Shown: positions 37,706 through 48,965 of the stretch, one piece after another | How the letters are laid out: the number at the start of each line of letters is the position of its first letter | How positions within the stretch are numbered: position 1 is the first letter of the stretch | Origin: Phoronis australis | Taxonomy: Eukaryota > Animalia > Phoronida | Direction: 5' to 3' | NCBI GenBank assembly: GCA_002633005.1 | Contig: NMRA01000498.1 | Location: 51,772-115,771 of the forward strand | DNA length: 64,000 nt | The notes under the pieces: generated by a model | The model's input: the letters and a program-made list of their open reading frames with translations, nothing else | Told to the model about the DNA's origin: nothing | Database searches by the model: none | Program-made: the position numbers and the translations under genes

Positions 37706-38789
37706 CTGTAAGAAGTGTACAGGTAACTTTGCAAGACAAGGAAAATAAACACAAGAATACATTGTTAATCTATGAGTGCATTCACTGGGCTTAACTTGGA
37801 CTCTGAGTTGTTTTCCAACCGAGGCGTGAAAGAATTCTGCTAAAACTGAAACATATATCATGTCAAACTAACCTTTTCATGGAGAGATCAAAAGATTACC
37901 ATCTTCATTGTTTCCACTGTTATAACAAAGATAATGACAAGCATTTATCGGTAATGGTCCGATGTACACCCAAGGTATTTTATCTATGCTACTTGCATTG
38001 CTATATACCAACAATGATGCAACAAAGGAAAAGAATGGTGCAATCGAAGAGCAACAACCATGTGACGAGTTGCCATAGACAGTGGAGGAGTTTGTGTTTG
38101 TGTATCTTGTCATTGAAATAATTTAGAGAACTGCAAGGCCAGTATTTCACCATGAAAACAAAGACTTCTGTGGCCTTTGATAGTTATGCTGCGAAAGATT
38201 TTCTCTCAATTTGTTTGAACTTTGAACACCCAGCAGTAGTCACAGTCACAACATAATGGTGTGTCGTGGATGATAATTTTTCTCTGCACATTTCCAGTTC
38301 TTTAAGCAGTTTTTGCCATCTTGGTTTTAGCTCTTTCCTGCCAAACCAACTATTTTTTTATCTTCAAGGTATTTTCAAGTGTCATTTTGCCATCAGGATA
38401 TCTGTGTAATTACTGGTGGGAAAAACGTTGTCAGAACCTGTCATAAATTAGACATTCAAGCCATTCACTATTTCTTTGTTTTTACAAACTCTAAATGGCA
38501 CCCCTTGTCTATCATGCGTGGCTTGAAATGCAACTGTTCTCTGGTACCTTCCTGCATCTTGTGAGCTCTCTCACAAGTACCAATAATTTCTAAGTGAATA
38601 TTAGATATCTCGTGGAATGCACAGGATACATTCTTAACACTAAAAATTATAAATTTGTTTGACACCAGGAGTGTGCAGCACAGTTCACAGTTGGTCAAAC
38701 AGTGACAAATGCTCATCCATCCCCACATCCAAGATATTTGTTCCATCAGGGTCCTTTCCGCAGTTTAAATCAGATAACCACAAAACAAA

Positions 38790-39340
38790 ACTTAACTACC
38801 ACTAGGTGGTGTAAAATCTGTTGGATCTGTCCAAAAATGGAAAGGCATAGTCATCTCCTTAATGGAAACCAATTTGTTGAATGAAGACATGTTTATGTAC
38901 TCTGATGGTACAGAGCTAAACGTGATTGCCCCTAGAGGTCATTTGGGTAAGTCCATGACTCATTATCATTTGTTGTCAGCTCCATAGGAACACACCAGTC
39001 ACATTTCACAAATCTCCTTTAAAGAGTTCTGACCCTGAACCAAACCCAAGATCATAAAAATGGCCATAAAGTGAAGAAAAATAAGATGAATCTGTCTAAA
39101 AATGGAAACACATAGTTGTCACCGTAACAGAAGCCTATCTCAAACATTTCAGAAAAAACACATCAATGAACAGATACAGAGGCAAATGTAAAAAAAACTA
39201 AAACTGCTACTACCTGTAGTCAGATTGGTCTGAAACTTGTAGGCATTCGTTACCATATCCAAAGAAACATATCAGACACATCTCATTAAGATCCACTAAA
39301 GTATATCTTGGGTGGCAACACCAGTAAATTCCTACAGTAT
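38790..39340 (-). repeat. Decayed HINE internal units
   Basis: CCACTAGGTGGTGTAAAA and related unit sequence. Confidence 0.55.
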
Positions 39341-41222
39341 GTTAAGAGCATCACTCCAAGCTTACTAGTGTCATAAATTGCCAAATGTAACGAGCTGTGA
39401 GGCGTATTGGCTCACTTTTGTCTATGTCACCACCAGAATCACCTTCTAATTCAAACAGCTGCAAATTACACCCGCACGCAATTGTGTTCTATTCAGATCC
39501 CTATTCAATACAACTGTCACCTATAGTTCGTGCTGGGATCTCGCGATAACGCAACATAGCACGAAAAAGCAGCTTCACCTATTATTTGTTGGGTTTACAT
39601 TTGCGTGATTGAACACGCGTTTTCTTATTTTTCTAAGGCTTCGCTAAGACTATCTGGTTGGCCCAATACATCTAAGATTTCAAAATTCCGGTGAAGTTTG
39701 GCTTTAAAGTCCTGGTCTCAAAATGCCCATGTGGTTCCAGTAACCGAAAATACTTACTAAATAAATCATATTTTCGACACCCTTTCTTTACATTCTTTTC
39801 GCCTTTCTTGCCAAAAGCGATTTTTTAACAGTATTTGACCCTTCTCTGTGATCGTATAATTACCAGCTGTCATCGGTTATTTCAGTACCCACATTTCAGG
39901 CTCATCAGTTCAGGAGCTTGTCCTGGCCATTTTTTCCTTGTAACTGAATGTGTTATTGCTTGCTCGAAAAGTCTTCGTTATTTTGTTTTATTAATAATAT
40001 CTCGTGATTCGTTTCCATAATACGTAGTGTATTTATAGTTTGTAGTTAGTGGTCGTTGAATTTCTTTGGAATGTTACTCCTACTTATTATGTTAAAATAG
40101 CGTGTTTAGTTCCTTACATAGGGCGGTCGAACCTAGGAACCAACATGAATCGAATCAATTTTTTTCATTTTCATTTTTTTTCTCGTTTTGAAAAAGTCCT
40201 TTGCTATTATTGGAAAGGTAGTGCATTCTACTCCGTAAAAATCAAAAAAGTATAAAGATCGGGGCAAGCAGAGTAAAGTTACTGCAATTTTTGTGGCGAA
40301 ATTTGGGTCACTTTGTTTGGATCGCGTCGGCCATATTGGAGGACAGCGGGATAAGTTACTAGTTTAGAACTTTGTGCAAATTGTTTTCGGCAACAATTTA
40401 CGGTGAAATTTATGAGACATATCTTTACTTAATATTCTGCATGTTTCAACAGTGTTCACCAAATTTCAGCCTCGCAGTTGTTACTCATTAAGTGTTAAAT
40501 GTGCTCACAATTCCCGTTGCACTTCGTCTCATTTCTGGCGGCACCGACAACATGGTGACTTTTGCTGAACTGGAAGGCATGTTCAACCTGTTACTTTGTA
40601 ATTTGTGAAGACTTAACGTTGATACATTTTGACAAATGTTGCTACAAGAAAGGAACTTTGTTCAATTTTCGTGTTTTTGGTGCAAAAATATAAGATATAT
40701 CCGAGTTATTTTACTGTGAATTTCTCATTCAGGTGATCTTACACTCAACTAAAAAAATAGTTGAAATAATTTTGAAATGATTTTTTTTGCTGTCAACTGT
40801 TGTTCAAGGCTTGATTAGGTGTCACAAAATGATTCATATTTTTTCTAAATTTCAAGTCATGTTTAGTAACCTATTGCTTCTTAATTCAGGTTATCAAGTC
40901 AAAAACATGAATAATCTTAATTTGAGAAATAAGCTATGTTGTATTGTGAAGCTTCAAGCCTTCAATTCTTGTTTGTTGCAAATCATATTTTTATAAATCA
41001 TGCTTGTCAAATTCTGGTGTAAGGAAACACTATTCGGTTACCATGGTAATAGTAACATGTATGTCCACTTTCATATCATGGAAACTTGCTGTTGAATAGT
41101 GTTTGTAATCCTAAATGTTGTAAAGTATTGTGCATTTTAAGCTACTTATTATGTTAAAAAGTTGAATCATTTTGGCTTAATGAATACAAAATGATAACAT
41201 TTTGTATTGGACTTGTCATATT

Positions 41223-41446
41223 TATGCGCTCGAACAGCCCCCTATTTGGAAAAATGGAAAAAGGTATGCCTCAGTCAGAGAATCAAGAACTCCGAAAAAG
41301 TAGAAAACAATATTCCACTAGAAGACACGAAGTTCCAAAATTTAGCGTCTGCATTTCATAGCTCTGAACATACCCAGTGAATCTAGTAAAATATAGACAT
41401 TCCCAAAAATTCCAGCCCCCCATTTTTTATGCTTGGTGCGCTCATA
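41223..41446 (-). mobile_element. MITE related to 32484-32711
   Basis: TTCATAGCTCTGAAC..CCCCCCATTTT..GGTGCGCTCAT is the reverse complement of the 32484 left end. Confidence 0.55.
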
Positions 41447-42449
41447 CGAAGTCGGAAAATTTCTGTTGAAAGCCACAACTTTGCACAGTTCGTCAGAAGT
41501 ACCCAAGTTCTAAATAAAACTCGTTTGAACGAGCGCTGTGGCCAGCGACCAGGTAGGCCTCAGGGTAGCCTTGACGCAAAGCTGCATAGGCCAACTAACA
41601 AGCTGTAGTTAGTCTTCATACTGGTAGCTGGCACTGAGGCTAGCTAAGGGCAGTCGCGGTAGTGTGACAAAGGACTAAACAGCCCGTAATTTTATGCAAG
41701 TGTCTGAAACTACCTTTGAATGTATACGGCATTTATGATTTGAACATTTTACTTCGACAAAACAGCTTGCAACCACATGCCATTACCGTTCGCCAGTGTC
41801 TGGTCTCGATCCACACTGGGTCCGATAGGCTGCGGTCCCGAGTCCGGCAAAATAATTTCTGTCAAAATTTATTTGCTACATTTCTTCAGCAAACTTGATA
41901 AAATTGCCCGTATTTTGATTTTATTAAAGTTAAGGCGCGCTGGCGATTATTTTATCCCCATTTGCAGGCTGGAAACAGGCACTCGTCCATTCACACTGAC
42001 AACGTTTTCTTAGCCTGGGTTCCTGAATGAATTGTACTTTAGGGTTCGCGGTAAGTTCAAAATGGCAGTGGTTCTTCGGGTGCGAATCGTGAGTGGTGCG
42101 CTCATTTAAACTTTTTTCGAGTACGAATCGTGTATTAATTATGGGGTAAGTATTTCTTGGATCCTTATAACTTCCTCAAACCAAGTAATAAGGGTTAACA
42201 ATGTATGAGACCAGGACTTTAAGGAGATTCAGTCAACGACAATAAAAGAAAAAATCCCCCTAGGGTACAACACACCAATCAAAACCATCCGAAAATCAGT
42301 GTCAGCTGCGGTCTTTACATCAGAAAAACATCTGCTAATTTTCATGATGAGCCTTTGGATGCCTGGGCAGATGGGAACCCAGACATCAAAAACAATGTTA
42401 TTCAAAACTGTTTCAAATTGCCACCAGGTGACACAGAACACTATGAAAT

Positions 42450-43280
42450 TTACTTAATAAAAGCATAAAAGTCTGGTGAGTCCTTATATCTAAGGGCCTT
42501 GTTCACTTACGGGATTTCATGTCAGGTTGTCCTAGAATGTCCTACACTGCTGGGGGCTGTAACCCACGATCCCTGTTCAAATTGGGTCATCTGGTTCTAA
42601 TGTACACAGCCTCCTTGACCTTACATGAGTATCAGTGTTCTCCTCTGGCAAGGATTCTGGCATTCCATTTGTCGACGGTGTGCCCAGCATTAAGGGTGTG
42701 TTCCCCTATGCCTGTGAGTCTGTCCAGTTCAGAGTGTTCCCTCATCCTTGTCCCTAGGATGCGTTTGGTTTCCCCTATGTACTGATGGGTGGGGTCCTCC
42801 TCGCATGACAGCTGGTAAACAACATAAGATTTCTTGTCAGTGGGGTTAGGGTCCTTGGGGGGAACCAATTTTTCTCAGATGGAATTGATCGGTTTGAAAA
42901 ATGTCTTAACCCCATGTGATTTTAAGGTGTGTGACAGCTTTCCAGAAAGATTCTTGACATAAGGAATGGATATGGATGATTTTCTAAGCTCATCCCTCTC
43001 AGCATCCTGATTGCATTTACGTCAGTGTTAAGGAAGGGTAAGAGACCAGCTTTCAAAATCATTGGTAGTCAGTGCATTGTTATCCTTGTGGTCTTGGTCA
43101 AGGGTAACATAGTTCTCTGCTCTGTCGATGAAGGTGCATACCACTGAGCATTTATGCTGTATGGAGTGGTTTAAGCGAAAGTCAACCCAACGCAGGAATA
43201 CCAGTCAGTGAACAAGGCCCTTAGAGAAAGGGCGGAAACGTCTGACTCACCTGACTTTTTATGTTTTTTAGTAAGTGATT
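42450..43280 (-). mobile_element. Penelope-like element 3' fragment with inverted pLTR
   Basis: GIY-YIG motif (KKSYVVYQLSC...YIGETKRILGTRMREH) and RT C-terminal remnant; 42455-42508 is inverted at 43206-43275. Confidence 0.85.
43203..43247 (+). ncRNA. Minimal hammerhead-ribozyme-like motif in Penelope pLTR
   Basis: AGTCA/TGACT helix I, core GTGAACA, GCCCT/AGGGC helix II, GAAAC-GTC. Confidence 0.55.
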
Positions 43281-43334
43281 TAGCCATTTAACATCATATC
43301 ATGGGAGAGCAATGAAAAACTTTTTTTGCATCAC

Positions 43335-43800
43335 ATCAGACCTGTCCGAAAATGGGAAGGCGTCATTGTCTCTTTAATAGAAAACTTATAGGCTAAATTT
43401 CATGACATGAGCATAGTTGAAATGCCCCAACAAATGTACGACAAACGTTGTGCTTCTAGAGGTGTTTATTTGTATCATAAGAATGATCACTAGATGGTGC
43501 AAAATACTTTCAATCCATCCAAAAACGGGAAATGTCACCTTTTCTTTACCAGAATATCCTTCAAGGAACTTCAGAGAAACAGAGGAAAACCAAAAAAAAA
43601 AAATGAAATTGCCACTAGGGGACACAGTTTTCATTGGATTAGTCTGAAATTCGTAGTCTTTCGTTGCCCACCTCACATAAATACACTTGTAAAATAGAAT
43701 AAAGATCCTGCAGCGGGCTTAGGAGATACAGCTATGGGCACAAAAAAACTGCCAATAAGAGGCACCACAGTAATCGAAGTCATTGAAAAATCATCGTCAA
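43335..43800 (-). repeat. HINE fragments
   Basis: GTTGAAATGCCCC start region and CCACTAG units. Confidence 0.65.
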
Positions 43801-43949
43801 TTTTAGCAGCAACCCATTAATGTCAGATCCCTAACTTTTCCAACACCGATAAATCATACGTTACTTTACTCAAGGAAGAGAGTAGTTTTAATGACACTAA
43901 TTTTGAGTCAGATTTTATTTGTCCATTTTTTATCCATATCGGCCTAAAC

Positions 43950-44080
43950 CTGTATATTTAGTATACATTTTTTGAGCCAAGGCTGGGGCAACCTATGGTA
44001 GGCCCTATGCGATGACCACCCCCTTAGAAGACACCTTTTCGAAGAGTTCGAACAACCAGGAGCCATACAAAAACACATGG
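43950..44080 (-). pseudogene. THAP-domain remnant
   Basis: MCFCMAPGCSNSS...YHRLP..WL. Confidence 0.5.
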
Positions 44081-44717
44081 AGGATCTTTTACAGCACTGT
44101 GGCAAACAGTAAAAAAATAAGAACAACTGATACAATGATAAAATACGATGTAAATTCTCCATCATATGGCACAGCAATATGTGATAAGCAGTCGAGGCCC
44201 TACCAGCCACGTCACTGACATATGAGCCTATCGGCGATCGCTGTCAGGATTTCAATCTTTTGACAATGAATGAGCTTTTGTTTAGCGCGCAACTCGGGCA
44301 AATGTGAGATTTATTTGTACGTTAGAACCAATAACTGCAGCATTATTTTTACTACAGTGCCCTTTTAAGGTCGCCCTCAACAGGAACAAGCATTGAAAAA
44401 TGAACGCAGTAAATATGAGAGAAAAGTAGAAAAATATATTCATCCTCGACGGTGCAGTAGTTTCAAGTTTATGTATAAGTTTCTGATATACTAAAACCAG
44501 AAATTACTACGGTAATACGTAAAAGTGTGGACTTCAGTCAGAAGAAGGTGATACTCAACATCTACAGAACGCTTGAAGGTTGGTCAAACTTCATTAGACT
44601 GAGTGAAAACCGACTTTGAGACAGTTCCATAACCTGCTATAGGGTTACCTACGCTGAGGTGTCAGAGCTCTGTTTCAGTTTACAGTGTATATACAGGTTA
44701 CGTAACAATAGCAAATC

Positions 44718-45473
44718 ATGCCAGGAGGTAAAGGCACACCTAATGCAGGACCTGCGACCGGATTGCGCAACCGGACCTTACCTTCATATATGATTCAACC
44801 TGAAAGTAACCCACCTGATATATCGAATAGAGAACTACTGGAACAAATGAATACAAAATTTGAGAAAATGAGAGAAGATTTGTCTGGTAAAATAGAATCC
44901 TTAAGTCGTCAATGCAAGGAAATGAAACAGGAAAATGTCGGTTTGAGACAACAGGTGGCGCACTTGGAAAGCAAGGTGGATGATTTAGAGAATAGGTCTA
45001 GACGGGACAACCTAATTTTTCACGGCATTCCCGAGAGGAATTCGGAAACATGGGAAGAAGCGGAAACTGCAGTAAAGGAACTAGTCAATAACCACCTCGA
45101 CATATCAGAGGTAAAGATTGAGCGGGCCCATAGGATTGGTCGCAAGAACCCTAGCAAACCTCGACCAATCATCGCAAAGTTGAGTTCGTTCAAGGACAAG
45201 ATGCAGATCTTAAAAGGCAAAAGAAAATTAAGGAGTGAAACTCAATACTCGGTAGCTGAAGATTTCAGCAAGAAGGTTCGTATCGCTAGATCAAAGTTAT
45301 GGCAGTTCTCAAGAGACAATAATTTTATAGAAGCCACAATAAAATTCGATAAGCTTTATCACAACAGGAAAATGTACCTGTATGACGATCATATAGACAA
45401 AGTTGTCTGCAACGAGGATAGATACATCTTCAGAGATAGAACGGATACAAATGAAGAGGACGACAGTCAATAG
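44718..45473 (+). CDS. LINE ORF1 (coiled coil + L1-type RRM)
   Basis: 251 aa; LENRSRRDNLIFHGIPE, IERAHRIG..PRPIIAK, VAEDFS. Confidence 0.93.
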   Translation: MPGGKGTPNAGPATGLRNRTLPSYMIQPESNPPDISNRELLEQMNTKFEKMREDLSGKIESLSRQCKEMKQENVGLRQQVAHLESKVDDLENRSRRDNLIFHGIPERNSETWEEAETAVKELVNNHLDISEVKIERAHRIGRKNPSKPRPIIAKLSSFKDKMQILKGKRKLRSETQYSVAEDFSKKVRIARSKLWQFSRDNNFIEATIKFDKLYHNRKMYLYDDHIDKVVCNEDRYIFRDRTDTNEEDDSQ

Positions 45474-45479
45474 CAAACA

Positions 45480-48400
45480 ATGACAAGAGAAATGAAAATA
45501 GGATCATGGAACATAGGGGGGCTAGAAAGTAAGCTACGACAAAACAAAGGAGAAATTAAAAAAATAATTAGAAACTACGACCTCATAGGATTCATTGAAT
45601 CACACGCAAGAGCAGAGCATGAATTTGGCGATCTCTTAGAAAATTATTCCACGTTCACATCAGTACGAAACATACATAACGGCAAAGTATCTGGTGGAGT
45701 GACAGTAATGGTAAAGAACAATTTAGGAACCAAAATAACTCGCATCTGTGAGAATTTGGAAGACAGAGTATATTTGCATCTGAAAGATTTATTTGCTGGC
45801 TCAGACAAGCCAGATGTAATAATAGGTTTTATTTATCTCCCTCCCGAAGGGTCAGCATACTACAGCCACGACATTTCTGACTGCGGTGTTGATCGTCTCG
45901 AGGATGACTTTACCTGCTTAAAGAGTAATGGGAAATTTAACCACTCACGGGTTATTTTGACAGGTGACTTTAACTCAAGGACAGCTACACTCAGAGACTA
46001 CATCCCAGATGACGATATCACGCATATCAATGTCCTTGCCAATAGCGATTGTTGTTATGTTCAAAATAATTTTGAAAAACCAAGAAACAACCAAGATGCG
46101 AAATCTAATTACTTTGGCAAAGAACTTGCCAAATTTTGTGCAGTATATGGTACGCACATAGTTAACGGTAGATACCCCTCAGACAGAGAAGGAAACTATT
46201 CGTTCGTCTCCACTCGAGGATGCAGCACTATTGACTATGTTATTGCCGAGGCATCTCTGTTCGAATATATTAATGACTTTGAAGTATTAAACTACGACCA
46301 GTCAGACCATTTCCCTATCATGTGTACTCTACGTTATCTAGAACATACGGAAGCTGATACAGACGGATCGAACACTAGTGTCAGAACAACCCCATTGCAC
46401 CGACTGAAGTGGCAGCCACACAAATCTTCAAGTTTTAAGGATAGACTGGGCAGCGTTGACACCACCGAGAAATTATCCCAAATATCTTCAGCCATCGATA
46501 TGGATATTAACAAAGCAGTTAATTTAATAAATGAATTATTCCACGCTTGCGGCGCTGACATGAAAATAAGCAATAAACCCGCAGTGAACAGGCAGCAGCC
46601 AAGGTGGTTCGACAACGTTTGCGAGCAAAAGAAAATAGAAAAACATAATTTATTGAAACTTTTCAGATCCACAAAGTGTGTGGATACACTACGTAATTAT
46701 ATTGATACGAAAAGTCAATTTAAGGAAACCTGTCGTGAAAAAAAGAAGAATTATAACGAACAAATGGAAAAGAAATTATGTGATTCAGTGAGAGATCCAA
46801 GAATATTCTGGGCAAACGTGAAGTCAATCATAAATCCGAACAATATTCAACAAGCGGATATTTCGTCGAAGGAATGGTATAACTATTTTGAAAAACTCTT
46901 GAACACTGAGCCTGTACGGGAAAACAGAGAATTCCTTAATAATTTGCTGGACGAAATGCGAGAGCACGACGAAAGCTGCAATGACTGTGCCAACACACCT
47001 GGTGATGAAATCCTGGTACAACTTAATAAAGAAATTGACATGTCCGAAATCAATCAGGAAATAAATAAACTTAAAAGCAACAAAACCCCTGGAGAAGACG
47101 GTATTCCAAATGAACTCTTCAAAGCACTGACTGGTGACATCCTTGAAGTGTTATGCAAACTATTCAACAAGGTACTGGCGACAGGAAAATTCCCGGAGAA
47201 CTGGAGAAAGAGTATAATCGTTCCAATTTACAAGAAAGGAGACAAAAATAACCCAAATAATTACAGGGGAATTTCTTTAATTGATAGCATAAGCAAGCTA
47301 TTTACATCAATATTAAACAGAAGGCTGATTGAGTGGTCGGATGCAATGCAATGTATCCCTGAGGAACAAGCCGGATTTAGGGCGGGTTATTCGACCGTGG
47401 ATAACATTTTTGTTCTACAAGCTTTGGCCCACATAAATTTATCAAAAAGAGGTGGAAAAATGTACTGTGCCTTTGTGGACTTTAGCAAGGCGTTTGACAG
47501 CCTAGAAACTACACGTCTGTTTTATTGTTTGTTAAAAAATAATCTCCACGGGAAAGTGTTCAATCTCCTGAGGAATATTTATGCTGAAGTGAAATCGTGC
47601 GTGAGAATACAGAGTCAAATCACACCCTATTTTGATTGTACGAGAGGTGTGAAACAAGGGTGTATACTGAGTCCTTGGTTATTCTCTGTTTTTGTTAGCG
47701 GACTGGTGTCAGAGGTCAAAGAAAATGGAGGACGAGGTATCAAGTGTGATGATTGTGAATTAAGTTCGTTATTGTTTGCGGACGATTTGGTGCTTGTGGC
47801 GGACACAGTGCCTGGTCTCCAGAGGAAATTAAATGTATTGCACAACTACTGTGTGGATTGGAGTCTTTGTGTTAATCTTGATAAGACAAATATTGTTGTC
47901 TTCAAGCGAGGTGGGACTCTGTCGGCACAGGAACGGTGGTTCTACAATAAGAAATCGGTAGAAACGAAATCTTATTACAAGTACCTTGGTGTGACATTTT
48001 CTTGCAGATTAAAATGGAATGAAAATTGTAGAATATCAGCTTTACAAGCTAGAAAAGCAATGAACATGTTAAAAGCATGTTTAACCAAAGTGAATTGTAA
48101 ATCCCCGCATGTATGTTTTAAATTGTTTGATAGTATGGTAGCTCCTATATTGTTATATGGTGCTGAGATATGGGGTACAGTATATTCGAAAGACATAGAA
48201 AGTGTTCACAATGATTTCTGTAAATGGGTTGCTGGTGTCCCAAAGAAAACAAGTAACGTTATGGCCAGAGGAGAATGCGGCAGGCATTTATTATCTGTGA
48301 AATACTTGTGCAGACCAATAATCTACTGGACCAAAATTCTACAGATGAATAACCCCAGATACCCAAAGAAAAGTTACAGGATGCTGCGGGAAGACTGTGA

Positions 48401-48965
48401 AAAAGGACGAGCAAATTGGGCCAGTGCAGTTAAAGATATTTTGTTCAGATACGGGTTTGGGGAGGTATGGATAAGTGGACCGGGTAACTTTGATTTATTT
48501 ATATCAGAATTTAAGCAAAGATTGTTGGATTGTGCTGCCCAAGAATGGAGGACATCAGTGCAGAGCTCTAGCAAGTGCTCATTTTACTCTATTATCAAAA
48601 CAGATTTATCTTGTGAAGAATATCTTTACAGTTTACCACCAACTCTACGTAGAATTTTAGCCAAATTCAGGTGCTCTGGACACCAACTGAAAATAGAAAC
48701 TGGTAGGCACCATGACATTCCAAAGGAAGATAGACTTTGCGAAATTTGCAACCGTTCAGAAATTGAAGACGAAATACACTTATTACTTAACTGCCCCGTA
48801 TTTAACGACATTAGAAAGAATTTTTTACCAGAAATATCCCGACAGCATACAGACATCGAAAACGTCAAATACTTATTCAAAACAAACTCTGGAAATCTTT
48901 TGAAAAGACTATCCTTATTTATATTAAAGGCTTATGGTATTAGACAGGAAACTCTAACATTGTAA
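45480..48965 (+). CDS. LINE ORF2: AP endonuclease + reverse transcriptase + C-terminal Cys/His motif
   Basis: 1161 aa; SWNIGG, GDFN, SDHFP; QAGFR, GVKQGCILSP, LFADD; HQLKIETGR...RLCEIC...EDEIHLLLNCP. Confidence 0.97.
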   Translation: MTREMKIGSWNIGGLESKLRQNKGEIKKIIRNYDLIGFIESHARAEHEFGDLLENYSTFTSVRNIHNGKVSGGVTVMVKNNLGTKITRICENLEDRVYLHLKDLFAGSDKPDVIIGFIYLPPEGSAYYSHDISDCGVDRLEDDFTCLKSNGKFNHSRVILTGDFNSRTATLRDYIPDDDITHINVLANSDCCYVQNNFEKPRNNQDAKSNYFGKELAKFCAVYGTHIVNGRYPSDREGNYSFVSTRGCSTIDYVIAEASLFEYINDFEVLNYDQSDHFPIMCTLRYLEHTEADTDGSNTSVRTTPLHRLKWQPHKSSSFKDRLGSVDTTEKLSQISSAIDMDINKAVNLINELFHACGADMKISNKPAVNRQQPRWFDNVCEQKKIEKHNLLKLFRSTKCVDTLRNYIDTKSQFKETCREKKKNYNEQMEKKLCDSVRDPRIFWANVKSIINPNNIQQADISSKEWYNYFEKLLNTEPVRENREFLNNLLDEMREHDESCNDCANTPGDEILVQLNKEIDMSEINQEINKLKSNKTPGEDGIPNELFKALTGDILEVLCKLFNKVLATGKFPENWRKSIIVPIYKKGDKNNPNNYRGISLIDSISKLFTSILNRRLIEWSDAMQCIPEEQAGFRAGYSTVDNIFVLQALAHINLSKRGGKMYCAFVDFSKAFDSLETTRLFYCLLKNNLHGKVFNLLRNIYAEVKSCVRIQSQITPYFDCTRGVKQGCILSPWLFSVFVSGLVSEVKENGGRGIKCDDCELSSLLFADDLVLVADTVPGLQRKLNVLHNYCVDWSLCVNLDKTNIVVFKRGGTLSAQERWFYNKKSVETKSYYKYLGVTFSCRLKWNENCRISALQARKAMNMLKACLTKVNCKSPHVCFKLFDSMVAPILLYGAEIWGTVYSKDIESVHNDFCKWVAGVPKKTSNVMARGECGRHLLSVKYLCRPIIYWTKILQMNNPRYPKKSYRMLREDCEKGRANWASAVKDILFRYGFGEVWISGPGNFDLFISEFKQRLLDCAAQEWRTSVQSSSKCSFYSIIKTDLSCEEYLYSLPPTLRRILAKFRCSGHQLKIETGRHHDIPKEDRLCEICNRSEIEDEIHLLLNCPVFNDIRKNFLPEISRQHTDIENVKYLFKTNSGNLLKRLSLFILKAYGIRQETLTL

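Noticed and set aside
39400-42130. Probable further DNA-transposon relics (also 49150-50200, 52060-54000)
   Set aside because: Composition suggests MITE fragments, but no paired termini or TSD could be established by eye.
45964-48903. Small alternate-frame and antisense ORFs
   Set aside because: Shadows of LINE ORF2.
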